Part shown: positions 37,633 to 48,663 of the stretch, piece by piece
Position numbering within the stretch: position 1 is the first letter of the stretch
Layout of the letters: every line of letters begins with the position of its first letter
Notes under the pieces: generated by a model
What the model saw: only the letters and a program-made list of their open reading frames with translations
Database searches by the model: none
Told to the model about the DNA's origin: nothing
Program-made: the position numbers and the translations under genes
NCBI GenBank assembly: GCA_946537975.1
Contig: CAMNGG010000290.1
Location: 1-57,815 of the forward strand
Reading direction: 5' to 3'
DNA from: an uncultured Treponema sp.
GTDB lineage: Bacteria > Spirochaetota > Spirochaetia > Treponematales > Treponemataceae
Length of the DNA stretch: 57,815 nt

Positions 37633-39609
37633 ATGGCATTAACTAACATGGCTTATAATTCTACAATGGGAAAAAATCCTATTGTAAAGGTTACAGAATT
37701 TTTGGAACGTCAGGAGCAGTTTAAGATTGCTAAGAAGTACGATGAGTGGCGTTTTATTGGATATGTTTTGGATATTAGTTATGATGGTGCCACAATCATT
37801 ACTTCGGATGCATACAAAAAGGCTGTAGGTGGTATTCCTCGAGGTTCTTTCCTTATTTTAGTACCTAGTGATTATAAAGAATACAAGCCTCATTTTTCTC
37901 TTCTTCGTGTAAAAGGAATTACAGATACTCCATTAAAATCTCAAGTTCAACAAACCTATTTTGAGATGCAAAAGAAATCTATGCCTGAACTAGATATTTG
38001 GACTCAGGGTGAACTTCAGTGGGGAGCTCTTGATTGTGATGTATTAGGTATGTTCTATGCAAATCCAAATCAGACAGACAAGTTAGCTTTTTCCGGAGAT
38101 GTAAACAATGTAGTTAGTGCACATCGTTATGAAGTATATGCTCCAGATGAAGAACTTCTTGATATGATAATTAATGATACTGTACGCAATGAATTCAAGG
38201 AAACCATTGGATATTTGCGAACAATGGAATGTCAGTTTGATATTGAAAAACAGCAGCAGAAACAAATACCTGTAAAGATCTCAATGAAAGATTTTATGGG
38301 TTGTCGAACTGCAATGTTTGGTAAAACTCGTCTTGGTAAATCAAATGTCGTTAAATTGATTGCACAGAATATGATTGATGCAACAAAGGAAAAACATAAT
38401 GTTGGACAATTGATTTTTGATATTAATGGTGAGTATGCAAATGATAACCCACAAGATAATAATTCTTCAATTTATAGTGCAAACAAAGACGTTTGTGAAG
38501 TTTATGCATTAACAAAAAGAGAAGGAACTCCTTCTAAAGAATTGAAACTGAATTTCTATGAACAGTTTGATACTTGTAAAACTATAATAGGTAGATTCCT
38601 TGAACAGGATGGGCAAACAGCAAACTATGTAACAGCCTTTTCTAGTGTAGAACTACCAACATTAGAAGAGATTAAAGAAATGGAATTAAGTGAACAAATA
38701 CGAGCTATTCGTAAAGTTCAGATTTATTGGGCAATTCTAAAAGAAGCTGGATTTAAGGCAGATGAAGCAAAATTAGCTAAGCTTGGTTTGTATAATAAAG
38801 TTGTACAAACGTTTAATCCTGGCTTTTCAAAGGAAGTACGAAAAACCATATATGGGAAAGATGATGTAGAAAAACCAACGAATTTAGATGAATTAGTTGA
38901 TGAATTAAAAGCTATAGGTAATTATATAAAAGATGGAAATCCAGATTTAAAAGATTCAAGTGGTAAGAAAGATTTATTTGATATTGATTCTAAATGTTTA
39001 CTTGGATTCTTGTGTCCAAAGACTGGAACGGGCCCAAAGATTTTAGCATATTATCGAAATTATCATTCTCCGAATGCCGATGACTTTGTAAAGAATATTT
39101 GTGAAAGTCTTAATAATGGAAAAACTATTATTCTTGATTTAGGAAATGCAACTGATACAATTCGAAAATATTTCTCAGATTTACTTTCAAAAGAAGTCTT
39201 CAATATGCAAGAGAAGAAGTTTGTTGAAAATACACTTGGTGATAATTATATACAATTATATTTTGAAGAAGCTCACAACTTGTTCCCTCCACAAACAAAA
39301 ATTCTGACAGATGTATATAGCCGCTTTGCAAAAGAAGGTGCCAAGTTCCACATAGGAATGATCTATTCAACACAATCTCCTTCAACAATAAGCAAGGATC
39401 TCCTTGTCCAGACTGAAAATTTCTTTATAGGACATCTTTCTTCGGTTGATGAGGCTTATGCTCTATCTAAATTACAGGTTGCTTATTCTGGAATTGAAAA
39501 TGATATCCTAAAAGCAAGAACTCCTGGTTTTATGCGAATGTTAACAATGTCTAATAGATTTGTTATTCCTGTTCAGACAGAGCTTTACAATCCAAATAAG
39601 GAGAACTAG
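37633..39609 (+). CDS. HerA/DUF87-family ATPase
   Basis: FGKTRLGKS; IFDINGEY; FEEAH; FAKEGAKF; STQSPS; N-terminal HAS-barrel-like region. Confidence 0.85.
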   Translation: MALTNMAYNSTMGKNPIVKVTEFLERQEQFKIAKKYDEWRFIGYVLDISYDGATIITSDAYKKAVGGIPRGSFLILVPSDYKEYKPHFSLLRVKGITDTPLKSQVQQTYFEMQKKSMPELDIWTQGELQWGALDCDVLGMFYANPNQTDKLAFSGDVNNVVSAHRYEVYAPDEELLDMIINDTVRNEFKETIGYLRTMECQFDIEKQQQKQIPVKISMKDFMGCRTAMFGKTRLGKSNVVKLIAQNMIDATKEKHNVGQLIFDINGEYANDNPQDNNSSIYSANKDVCEVYALTKREGTPSKELKLNFYEQFDTCKTIIGRFLEQDGQTANYVTAFSSVELPTLEEIKEMELSEQIRAIRKVQIYWAILKEAGFKADEAKLAKLGLYNKVVQTFNPGFSKEVRKTIYGKDDVEKPTNLDELVDELKAIGNYIKDGNPDLKDSSGKKDLFDIDSKCLLGFLCPKTGTGPKILAYYRNYHSPNADDFVKNICESLNNGKTIILDLGNATDTIRKYFSDLLSKEVFNMQEKKFVENTLGDNYIQLYFEEAHNLFPPQTKILTDVYSRFAKEGAKFHIGMIYSTQSPSTISKDLLVQTENFFIGHLSSVDEAYALSKLQVAYSGIENDILKARTPGFMRMLTMSNRFVIPVQTELYNPNKEN

Positions 39610-39611
39610 TT

Positions 39612-40946
39612 ATGGCATATTCTGCAGGAGGAAATCTTCCATTTGAACCAGCTTCTAAAATTGGTCATCTGGCAATAATAAATAGTGAATGGGTCAATGA
39701 ATTAATTAAGAACTTTGAAACTACAGAAGAAGAATCTTTTGGTAATGATGAAAAGAGCTTATGGAGTTCATATGATCCAACAAATGAAAATCCTTTGGAA
39801 GAGATCTGGGTATCAGATGGTTCATATCAGATTGTTGTTGAACAAAAAAGAGAAGTCTCTTTCGTAAAAACAGCATTGATGAATATTCAGCAACGAAAGA
39901 TTGAAAAAATTGATAAGAATAATCCACATCCTTTATTGTTGCAAGATATAATGAAGGATTCCGCAGAATATCATTCAACCATTTTACCATTGCGAAATGT
40001 TATCTCAAAAGGTAAGTCCATCAATGAAACAGTACGTTATATTATTTATGACTCAATGAGAAAAGATCCATCAAATGGAAGAATGTATTTTGATACCTTA
40101 AAATGGCTTACATACAAGAAATGGTCGAATGAAAAACCACATTCTCTGGACTTCGAATGTCCGTATTGTACTCAAAAAATCGAGAATGGAATTCCTTATG
40201 ATTCAGATGAAGGAGAATGTCCATATTGTCATAAGAAGGTTCTTCTTACCGATATGTTAGGATTTCATCTTGATATGTCGGAAGAATCAATCTCTGGTAA
40301 TGTTGCAACTTCGTATATGCTCATTATGGAATTACTTATGTTATTTACAGTAATTCGTTTGCAGTGGGATATGCAAGACAAACAGGCTGTTAGTCGTACT
40401 CTTTTTATAAAAGATGGGCCGATGACTCTTGGTGCTCAGTATTCAAAGTTGGTTCCAAATATTCGTGAATTCCTTCACTATGCAAATTCACAAGGTCGAC
40501 CTGTTCATATTATGGGCAGCGAAAAATCTGGTAAGTTTTTTGATTATCTGGACTCTATTAAACATTATATTCCATATGAACCAGGTAAGATAAAATATGC
40601 TGTCCTTAGTCATGATTTTATTCAAAGAGTAATTCAACGAACTCCTGAACAACCAAATCCATATGGTATTCGTACAAACTGGGGAGAGAAAGTTTTAGTA
40701 TCAATTGATCCAAATACAAATTATGTCTTGAATATAACGACAGGAGGATACGAAAAAGAAAAGACCTATCCACAGGAAAAAGATTTAATTGGTTTGCACA
40801 AAATATTATCTACAATACCTTCAATTATTAGCAGAAAATACGAAGGGGCTCTTTATCCTGTTGAATTAGCAAATGGGATTGCTTCCATGTCAAATTATCC
40901 ATCAGCAAAGATTTTGGAAAGATTTGTTGCTGATAATTTGAAATAA
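39612..40946 (+). CDS. NurA-like nuclease with Zn-ribbon insertion
   Basis: VSDGS; IKDGP; GSEKSG; YPVELAN; CPYC...CPYC; 2 bp after the HerA gene. Confidence 0.72.
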   Translation: MAYSAGGNLPFEPASKIGHLAIINSEWVNELIKNFETTEEESFGNDEKSLWSSYDPTNENPLEEIWVSDGSYQIVVEQKREVSFVKTALMNIQQRKIEKIDKNNPHPLLLQDIMKDSAEYHSTILPLRNVISKGKSINETVRYIIYDSMRKDPSNGRMYFDTLKWLTYKKWSNEKPHSLDFECPYCTQKIENGIPYDSDEGECPYCHKKVLLTDMLGFHLDMSEESISGNVATSYMLIMELLMLFTVIRLQWDMQDKQAVSRTLFIKDGPMTLGAQYSKLVPNIREFLHYANSQGRPVHIMGSEKSGKFFDYLDSIKHYIPYEPGKIKYAVLSHDFIQRVIQRTPEQPNPYGIRTNWGEKVLVSIDPNTNYVLNITTGGYEKEKTYPQEKDLIGLHKILSTIPSIISRKYEGALYPVELANGIASMSNYPSAKILERFVADNLK

Positions 40947-40963
40947 TTATAAAAGGATTCAAT

Positions 40964-41227
40964 ATGCGACAATATCAAGTTGAGCAAACATTACACACAT
41001 TGATTATTAATGCTGAGAAACAGGGTAAGAAATCTGTTGTAATTATTTCAGGAGAATTAAATAAACAATTGCCTTTTACAACAGAAAAGGATCACAATCG
41101 TTGTCCCATGTGTTGTAAAGCAATGAGGAAGTTATTTGACAATAAGACTGACAAGATATTAAATGAAACTGAGTCAAGTGAAAGTTCGACATTTTCAGTT
41201 GAATATGGATTACCAAGAATGGCTTAA
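40964..41227 (+). CDS. Small hypothetical protein
   Basis: AAGGA RBS; ISGEL...HNRCPMCCKAM...FSVEY.LPR. Confidence 0.65.
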   Translation: MRQYQVEQTLHTLIINAEKQGKKSVVIISGELNKQLPFTTEKDHNRCPMCCKAMRKLFDNKTDKILNETESSESSTFSVEYGLPRMA

Positions 41228-41240
41228 TGAGAGTTAATGT

Positions 41241-44200
41241 ATGTTTGCAAAAGGTGATAAAGTAAAGAAAAGATCTGATGGCTCTGTTGGTGAAATAATA
41301 GACAAAATCAATCATGCTTCAGGAATAAGATATCAGGTTCGTCTTGAAAACGGAGAAAATGTTTATATTTCTGAAGATATGCTTGAACCATATCAAGAAA
41401 TCAAAACCCCATTAGATGCGTTCCAGAATTTTCAATTTCATGGAATAGATGATTATAAACGTGTTATGTCATTCCAACGTTTGAATGGTGATTTGACTAA
41501 TATGTTTTATTCAATGAATAACACCTTAACAACTTATTTACCACATCAGTTCTTACCAGTTACCAAATTTTTACAGTCTCCAGAAGAAAGAATATTAATT
41601 GCGGATGAAGTCGGACTTGGAAAGACTGTTGAGGCTATGTATATCTGGAAAGAACTTGAGGCCCGTCGTAATGCAAAGCGTTTACTGGTGGTTTGTCCTG
41701 CAGCTCTTCGGGAAAAGTGGAAAAGAGATATGGCAAATCTTTTTGGCATTAATGCCGAGATTGTAAAAGCTGATAAGCTCCTTGAAACTTTTAAACGTAT
41801 TGAGCAAAACCATAATAGAGAACAATTTGCGTATATTTGTAGTATGGAGTCTATTCGTACTAAGAAAACAGATTCATACGATAATATTGGAAACTTGAAT
41901 AGAGCATTTGAAGAGTTTGCAGCTAACTATTCTGACTATGCTTTTGATCTTACAATTATTGATGAAGCTCATTATATGAGAAATCGTGAGACTGCTAATT
42001 TCAAGACTGGTTCACGCCTTAGAGATATTTCAGAATCATTAGTCTTACTTTCTGCTACTCCAATCCAAACTAGTTCAGAAAATCTGTTCTCAATTTTAAA
42101 TCTTCTTTCTCCAGAAAGATTTGATAATGTCTATGCCTTCCAGCATTTATTAGACATGGATAGCAAATATATAAAACTGGCTAATTGTTTACAGCGTACA
42201 TCTTCAACCAGAGAAGATTTTGATGAGATTATTGATTGCAATTTTCTTGTTAGTGATGATGAATTAGTAACAGAAATATGCAATAACATAGATACAATAT
42301 TGAACTCAAAAGAAAAAAGAATGGTTTACGCAGGTGAGCTGCGAGAACAGGTTTTCTATAATAATGTCTTTAATAGAACACGTCGAAGATTCGTTTTTAC
42401 TAATAATGCAATACGAAGACCTTTTGCCGTAAATTTCTCTCTTTCTGATAATGAGATGTATATATATAATCGTGTAACTCACTTAGTAAAAGATATGTCT
42501 CAGGGACAGCCAGAAATTATGACATTTGCTCTTATTGCACGGCAAAGACAAATGGCAAGTTGTATGCCGGCTGCATTTAGAGACTGGAATAATAAATATG
42601 AAGAACAGAATCTGAGTTATTCTGATGATGACGATGATGATACTTTTGTATTTGGCAATGAAGATAAAGAAGAAACAATTTCTAAGAAAAAAATATATGC
42701 AGATTTAAAGCCTTTTTTCACAAAAATTATACAAGAGTGTTCGGATATTCGATTTGAAGATTTAAAGAAACATGATTCAAAATTCTCTGAATTTTTGAAT
42801 AGTCTAAAAACTTTGCTGGCGCAAAATCCAAAAGAAAAAATCATAGTTTTCTCTTTCTTTAGAAGTACAAATGAATATCTTAAAGAAAGATTGGAAGAGG
42901 AAGGTATTTCAGCAGTTGCCATAAAAGGCGGAATGGGCCAACTGAAAGATGAACTCTTGGAACAATTTAGAACAGATGATGCGATAAATGTTCTGATTTC
43001 TTCGGAAGTTGGTTCTGAAGGTTTAGACTTACAGTTTGCAAGTGTTGAATATAATTACGATTTACCATGGAATCCAATGAGACTTGAACAGCGAATAGGT
43101 CGTATTGATCGAATTGGCCAAAAAGCAGATGTTCTTCGCATTTATAATCTCTGTTGTGAAGATACTATTGAAGACAGAATCTTGCAACGTTTATATGAAC
43201 GCGTTCAAATCTTTGAAAATTCAATTGGTGACATGGAAGATATTGTTGGACAACCTATTCAGGAACTTGCATTGGAGATTCTTGATCCAAGTCTTTCTAT
43301 TGATGATATTAACAAAAAAGCTGACCAAAAAATTGAAGTCTTAATTAATCAGCGTCTTATGAATAATAAGTTGGAAGATGAATCAGGAGTTCTGGATGAA
43401 TATCGAGAACTGGTTCTTAATTCGATTGAAAGTGCAAAAAATAACAAAAGATGTATTGATGAAAATGAACGCATTTTCTTAATTGAGGATTTTCTGATCA
43501 ATTATTTTCCTGGTTCAACATTCTTCCAGGATAAAACAAATCCATCTTATTACAATCTTACACTTTCAAATGATGCCGTTTTATCTTTCAGAGATTTCAG
43601 ACATTTTGAACATCTTGAAAAACTTACTTCAATCGATACATCATACAAAGAAAGTGTTTTGTGTTTTGGACAAGATAAAAGTGCTAAGAAAAAATGGAAT
43701 GTTGAAATTGTGGATCTAGATCATCCAATTTTTGACTGGATAAAATGGGTTGTAAAGAAAAATCCTGTTAGAGCTTCTGGTTGTTCTGCTATAACTATTC
43801 CCCCAAATGAGAATATTAAACCGGGAAATTATATTTATTATATTCAGAAATGGATTAAGGATGGAGTCGAAAAAGCAACAGAGTTAAAATACTTTTTGGG
43901 TTGTGTAGATGATGGTCAAATGCTTCCTAATGATGTAAGTGAAAAAGTATTAAATACAGCAATCACTGAAGGAAAGGCTCTTGTAGATCCTATTATACGA
44001 CTTAACAACTTTGAAACATATTATAATTATGCTCAGCAGGTAATTAACTATGCCTGGGATGAATTTGATGAATATAGTAATAGTTATAAGAGAAGGAGCA
44101 ATTCTGCTTACAAAAAGCAGGTAGAGTTTGTTTCTTATACAGCTGAACGAAAAATACAAACACTTAAAGAAACTATTGAAAAGTTAAGACTTGAAGGTAA

Positions 44201-44345
44201 GGCCCCTGGTGTAATTCATATGAATGAAAAGCATATTGCAAAAATAAAGGCAGAATTGGAAATTAAACTTAAGCAATTAGAAAAAGATCAATATATTGAA
44301 CCTGAATTGTCGGATGTGGCAATAGGTGTTCTTATAGTGGAGTGA
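41241..44345 (+). CDS. SNF2-family (RapA/HepA-like) helicase
   Basis: ADEVGLGKT; IIDEAH; LLSATP; SEGLDLQ; YDLPWNPMRLEQRIGRIDRIGQ. Confidence 0.92.
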   Translation: MFAKGDKVKKRSDGSVGEIIDKINHASGIRYQVRLENGENVYISEDMLEPYQEIKTPLDAFQNFQFHGIDDYKRVMSFQRLNGDLTNMFYSMNNTLTTYLPHQFLPVTKFLQSPEERILIADEVGLGKTVEAMYIWKELEARRNAKRLLVVCPAALREKWKRDMANLFGINAEIVKADKLLETFKRIEQNHNREQFAYICSMESIRTKKTDSYDNIGNLNRAFEEFAANYSDYAFDLTIIDEAHYMRNRETANFKTGSRLRDISESLVLLSATPIQTSSENLFSILNLLSPERFDNVYAFQHLLDMDSKYIKLANCLQRTSSTREDFDEIIDCNFLVSDDELVTEICNNIDTILNSKEKRMVYAGELREQVFYNNVFNRTRRRFVFTNNAIRRPFAVNFSLSDNEMYIYNRVTHLVKDMSQGQPEIMTFALIARQRQMASCMPAAFRDWNNKYEEQNLSYSDDDDDDTFVFGNEDKEETISKKKIYADLKPFFTKIIQECSDIRFEDLKKHDSKFSEFLNSLKTLLAQNPKEKIIVFSFFRSTNEYLKERLEEEGISAVAIKGGMGQLKDELLEQFRTDDAINVLISSEVGSEGLDLQFASVEYNYDLPWNPMRLEQRIGRIDRIGQKADVLRIYNLCCEDTIEDRILQRLYERVQIFENSIGDMEDIVGQPIQELALEILDPSLSIDDINKKADQKIEVLINQRLMNNKLEDESGVLDEYRELVLNSIESAKNNKRCIDENERIFLIEDFLINYFPGSTFFQDKTNPSYYNLTLSNDAVLSFRDFRHFEHLEKLTSIDTSYKESVLCFGQDKSAKKKWNVEIVDLDHPIFDWIKWVVKKNPVRASGCSAITIPPNENIKPGNYIYYIQKWIKDGVEKATELKYFLGCVDDGQMLPNDVSEKVLNTAITEGKALVDPIIRLNNFETYYNYAQQVINYAWDEFDEYSNSYKRRSNSAYKKQVEFVSYTAERKIQTLKETIEKLRLEGKAPGVIHMNEKHIAKIKAELEIKLKQLEKDQYIEPELSDVAIGVLIVE

Positions 44346-45625
44346 GTATGGCTTTACAAAGACCAATATTTCAACCTTTTAGGCAGCCTCTCAAGATTAC
44401 GCATATATTTCTTGGGATTGATTTTGGAACTTCTTTTACAAAAGTTTCATATAGTTATTCATATGCGACTAATAAACAGATCCAAATTCATACATTGAAA
44501 TGGTCCAATTCAAAATGGGAAAAAGGCTTTGTAACTCCTACTATTTTATATTTGAAAGATAATAAATTATTCTTTGAGAAACCCGACAAGGATTGCTTAG
44601 ATATTCGATATTTCAAATATTCTATCCTTGAAGAAAGTTTACTAAATAATCATCAAAGTACAAAAAATCGATTTGAAGAGATGTGTTGTGTATATTTCCT
44701 GGCACAAATTATAAAACGCTCGTTCATAGAAATTCAAAAGCAGCTAAAAATTGAAAATCTGGATGAATTGGAAATCTCTGTAAACATGGGAGCTCCTCTT
44801 GAAAACTTTTATAATGAAAAAGAAAAACCAAATAAAGAATTGTATTTAGAAATTCTTGAAAATGCTATTACACTTGCAGGTGGAAGTAAGGTAAAAGCAA
44901 CTTTACCTGATAATAGTGTTTTGTTGGATAATTTAGACGAAGTTTATACAGAACTGTCAAATAAAAAGCCAAAGCTTAATTGGAAGGCCGCTGTAATTCC
45001 GGAATTAGCTGCAGAACTATTTCTTTATCAACAATCCAAATTTATTCCTGAGGGATTATATATAATTATAGATATCGGCGGTGGTACAGTTGATATGGCA
45101 ATATTCGAAAAATACAAATTTAAGCATGATGTCGAAGCTGGCATGTATTGTATTGCACAGAAAGTTTTGCCATACGGTGTTGAGATTCTAGAATCAGAGA
45201 ATTCAAATATATCTTCAAAAGAATTTCAGGATGCTTTTATTACAATGGTAATGAGTACTAAGCATCGAATGGATGTTCATTATGAGGATTTAAAAAAAGT
45301 TGATGTGTTCTTCCTGGGCGGAGGTGCAAATAACGACTGGTATAGGAAAAATATCATAAATACTCAATATGGATTAGAAAAATCTTTTGGCCCAAAACTT
45401 AGTTTTAAGCAGTCTATTAATGATTTTATTAAAACAGATGAAACTTTGCTCGAGAGAAATCAACGTTTAATAATATCTCAAATGATTGCTAAAGATGAGA
45501 ATGATATTACAAAGGTATTAGGCTATCCAAACTTTTATGATGAAATCATAAAAGATAATATTCGCGAAGCAAATCTCGCCTATGAGGATGAATTGTATGA
45601 ACGTGGTTCAAGGTATTGGGACTGA
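44342..45625 (+). CDS. Hsp70/actin-fold ATPase lacking a substrate-binding domain
   Basis: LGIDFGTSFTK (phosphate 1); IIDIGGGTVD (phosphate 2); FFLGGGA (adenosine); start coupled to the SNF2 stop. Confidence 0.78.
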   Translation: MSMALQRPIFQPFRQPLKITHIFLGIDFGTSFTKVSYSYSYATNKQIQIHTLKWSNSKWEKGFVTPTILYLKDNKLFFEKPDKDCLDIRYFKYSILEESLLNNHQSTKNRFEEMCCVYFLAQIIKRSFIEIQKQLKIENLDELEISVNMGAPLENFYNEKEKPNKELYLEILENAITLAGGSKVKATLPDNSVLLDNLDEVYTELSNKKPKLNWKAAVIPELAAELFLYQQSKFIPEGLYIIIDIGGGTVDMAIFEKYKFKHDVEAGMYCIAQKVLPYGVEILESENSNISSKEFQDAFITMVMSTKHRMDVHYEDLKKVDVFFLGGGANNDWYRKNIINTQYGLEKSFGPKLSFKQSINDFIKTDETLLERNQRLIISQMIAKDENDITKVLGYPNFYDEIIKDNIREANLAYEDELYERGSRYWD

Positions 45626-45636
45626 GGTGAAAACTT

Positions 45637-46443
45637 ATGGATGAAATTATTACAATAGAGTTTCCAGCTAATATGGAAGGTATTACCTGGAAAAAAAGAA
45701 AACCTCGTGTTATCAATACTATAAACAAAACAATCGCTAATCAAACAAAAACAGAAAATGATTCTCTTGAAAACAAGAAAGATGATTCATTTAAAAATAG
45801 TAAAGAAAGTATTGAATCAAATAAATCTGCAAATAGCAAAAATAAGATTGACTTGTTTGATGATTTCTTTAATGTTCAGAAATATATTAATAAAAGAATT
45901 GAAGAATCTTCCAGTTTAAAAACAACTTTGGAGAAACAGGATTTTATTAAAAAAATGAATCTTCTTCTAAAGGAGATTGATAGCCATAAAGCGAAATATA
46001 CTGATACAAAGCTGGTAAAAGATTATGTTAGAAAAATAAATGATGTTATAAACAAATTACAGGATAGTAAACAAGAGCAGAAAACTCGTTTAACAATAAA
46101 TATGAATATTTATAAGAGTCAAAAGTGCCTTGAAATAGAAAAAAAACTAACTGACTTGAAAAAAGTTGTTAAGAGAAGAGACCTTACAGATACAGATAAA
46201 GAGTCTTATCTAAAACAACTCGAAAATATGAAGAAAGAAATAGAATCAAATCTTTCTGTTTTTACCAAATATGATAATATTCCAATGAGACTAAAACAAA
46301 TAGAACAGTATCAGAATATATTAAATGGAATTTCATATAAGACAGATAAGACAAATGTTAAAACAGAAGAACCATCTGCTGATACCACGGAGAAACCAAA
46401 GAAAAAGACTCGAGTGGTTTTGCGAAGTCATAGTCTGTCTTGA
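45637..46443 (+). CDS. Lys-rich, helical/coiled-coil hypothetical protein
   Basis: GAGGTG RBS overlapping the previous stop; 268 aa. Confidence 0.65.
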   Translation: MDEIITIEFPANMEGITWKKRKPRVINTINKTIANQTKTENDSLENKKDDSFKNSKESIESNKSANSKNKIDLFDDFFNVQKYINKRIEESSSLKTTLEKQDFIKKMNLLLKEIDSHKAKYTDTKLVKDYVRKINDVINKLQDSKQEQKTRLTINMNIYKSQKCLEIEKKLTDLKKVVKRRDLTDTDKESYLKQLENMKKEIESNLSVFTKYDNIPMRLKQIEQYQNILNGISYKTDKTNVKTEEPSADTTEKPKKKTRVVLRSHSLS

Positions 46444-46491
46444 TGTGTAGAGAGAATAATAGTTTTTGTAAGGATAATATGGGGGTGTAAA

Positions 46492-48594
46492 ATGACAATC
46501 GAACCAGGAAGAATTATAAATGATTTTATTGAACCAAATAAACGACAATATATGATACCTGTTTATCAGCGTAATTATGAATGGTCTTATGAGCAGTGTG
46601 TAAAATTATTTAATGATATTGTTAATGCCTCAAAAAAAGATAAAACACACTTTTGTGGTTCTGTTGTATATTCTCAAATTAAAGAAGAAAAGGGAATTAC
46701 TTACTATATTATTATTGATGGTCAGCAGAGAATAACGACTGTATATCTTCTTATAAAAGCTTTAATTGATTGTGCAGAATCAGATAAAGAAAAAGAGGCT
46801 TTTCTAAAAGATCTATGCAATTATGATAAGTTTGATGAATATGCAATAGATCAACAAAGTAAATTAAAACTAAAGGCTGTTGAAACAGATAATGATCAAT
46901 TATTTCTCTTAATGGAAAATAAATATGATAAGATGGATAAAAGTTCAGGAATATGGATTAATTATGAAACATTTAAAACTCTAATTCAGAAAAAACAGAA
47001 AGAAGGTTTATTTACTAAAGATATCTATGAAGGAATTGAAAAACTATTGTGTGCCAAAATAAAACTTGATAGCTCCGATAATGCTCAAGAAATATTTGAA
47101 AGAATCAATTCAACAGGTATCCCATTAAAATTATCCGATAAAATAAGAAACTTTGTATTAATGACGGATGCTAACCAGGAATCGTTATATAAGGATTATT
47201 GGTTAGAAATAGAGAAGATGATAGATAAGTCTCAAATGTCCGGTTTTTTCCAGGATTTTCTTAATATGAAAATTGATGGATTTGCAAAGGAAAATAATGC
47301 TTATGAAATATTTAAGCAGGTATATGAAGATAATAAATATACCAATGAATCAATGCTAAAAGAAATGTTTCATTATGCAACTCTATATAAAGCTTTTTTG
47401 TATGGTGATGAAAAGAAATATAATGAAGAAACAAACAAATATCTTGCAGGTTTAAGAAGGTTAAAACAGACAACAATCTATCTTTTCTTATTCAAAATAT
47501 TTGATGATTTTGAAAACGAAGTAATTGATGAAACAACATTGAATAAGGTTCTGTTGTTATTCTTAAGCTATAGTGTTCGACGCTTGGTATGTGAAGTATC
47601 TTCAAACTCATTTAGAGGTTTTTATAAGACTCTTTATTCTCGAATCTTTTATAATACAGAAAACAAAAAGAAGTATTACGATTCAATAGTTTCATTTTTA
47701 CTCCAATTAAATACAAAAGATTCGATACCAGATACAAAATCATTTGAAACCAGCTTAATTTACAACAATCTTTATAGGAAAAATGCATTATGTAAATATC
47801 TCTTGTCTTCAATTGAGAATCAAGGTAAAGAAAAACTTGAGATGGATAATCTGACTATAGAACATATTTTACCTCAGAATGATGACTTATCATTATCATG
47901 GCAAAAGATGTTAGGTACCAACTGGCGAGAAGACAGAGATAAATATCTTCATACATTGGGAAACCTAACATTGACTGGTTATAATAGTGAATTGGGTGAT
48001 AAACCGTTTGATGAAAAACTAGAATTACTAGATTCTAAGAATACTAAGGTTGTTATTCTGTATAAAGATGTAAAAGATTGCAAAAAATGGGATGCTGATA
48101 AGATTGAAACAAGAGCAAAGAATTTAGTACCAGAGATATTGAAGCTTTATCCTATAGAAGAACCTTCTGAGAAAATATCTTTTGCTGATAAGAAATATAA
48201 GGAATATAAGCTTGATAATTTGGATGAAGCTGAACATAAGAAGCCAAATTATTACATTCTGCAAGGTGAACAAATAAAAGTTGAGTCTTTTGCAAAGATG
48301 TTTATTTCTGTAACGGAACGATTATATAATGAAGATCCTTCTATAATTGAAAAACTTGCAAAAGAAAATGTACATTTCCTTGAAGGAAAATATGCTGCTT
48401 TTTCTTATGATAGAAGTCAGGTTAATAAAGATACAAAAATAAAAGATACGGATATTTATATTAGTCACAATTATGGCTCTCCATCGTTATTACAAATGAT
48501 AACAAAACTATTAGATTATTATGATATCGAACTTGATGACTTTATTTATAGCGCCTGCGACAATGCTATGAAAAAAGAAAATAAGGAAAAATAA
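46492..48594 (+). CDS. DUF262 + DUF1524 (GmrSD/SspE-like) nuclease with extra C-terminal domain
   Basis: IPVYQRNYEW; IIDGQQRITT; IFERINSTG; TIEHILPQ; LGNLTLT..NS. Confidence 0.88.
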   Translation: MTIEPGRIINDFIEPNKRQYMIPVYQRNYEWSYEQCVKLFNDIVNASKKDKTHFCGSVVYSQIKEEKGITYYIIIDGQQRITTVYLLIKALIDCAESDKEKEAFLKDLCNYDKFDEYAIDQQSKLKLKAVETDNDQLFLLMENKYDKMDKSSGIWINYETFKTLIQKKQKEGLFTKDIYEGIEKLLCAKIKLDSSDNAQEIFERINSTGIPLKLSDKIRNFVLMTDANQESLYKDYWLEIEKMIDKSQMSGFFQDFLNMKIDGFAKENNAYEIFKQVYEDNKYTNESMLKEMFHYATLYKAFLYGDEKKYNEETNKYLAGLRRLKQTTIYLFLFKIFDDFENEVIDETTLNKVLLLFLSYSVRRLVCEVSSNSFRGFYKTLYSRIFYNTENKKKYYDSIVSFLLQLNTKDSIPDTKSFETSLIYNNLYRKNALCKYLLSSIENQGKEKLEMDNLTIEHILPQNDDLSLSWQKMLGTNWREDRDKYLHTLGNLTLTGYNSELGDKPFDEKLELLDSKNTKVVILYKDVKDCKKWDADKIETRAKNLVPEILKLYPIEEPSEKISFADKKYKEYKLDNLDEAEHKKPNYYILQGEQIKVESFAKMFISVTERLYNEDPSIIEKLAKENVHFLEGKYAAFSYDRSQVNKDTKIKDTDIYISHNYGSPSLLQMITKLLDYYDIELDDFIYSACDNAMKKENKEK

Positions 48595-48663
48595 TATCAG
48601 AATAAAGAGATGGATAAACAAAAGATTTCTTCTTAAGTTTTATATATAGGATAATTGAAGTTT

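Noticed and set aside
41241-44345. DISARM or Zorya assignment for the SNF2 gene
   Set aside because: No DrmA/DrmB (DUF1998) or ZorA/ZorB-like genes are recognisable nearby.
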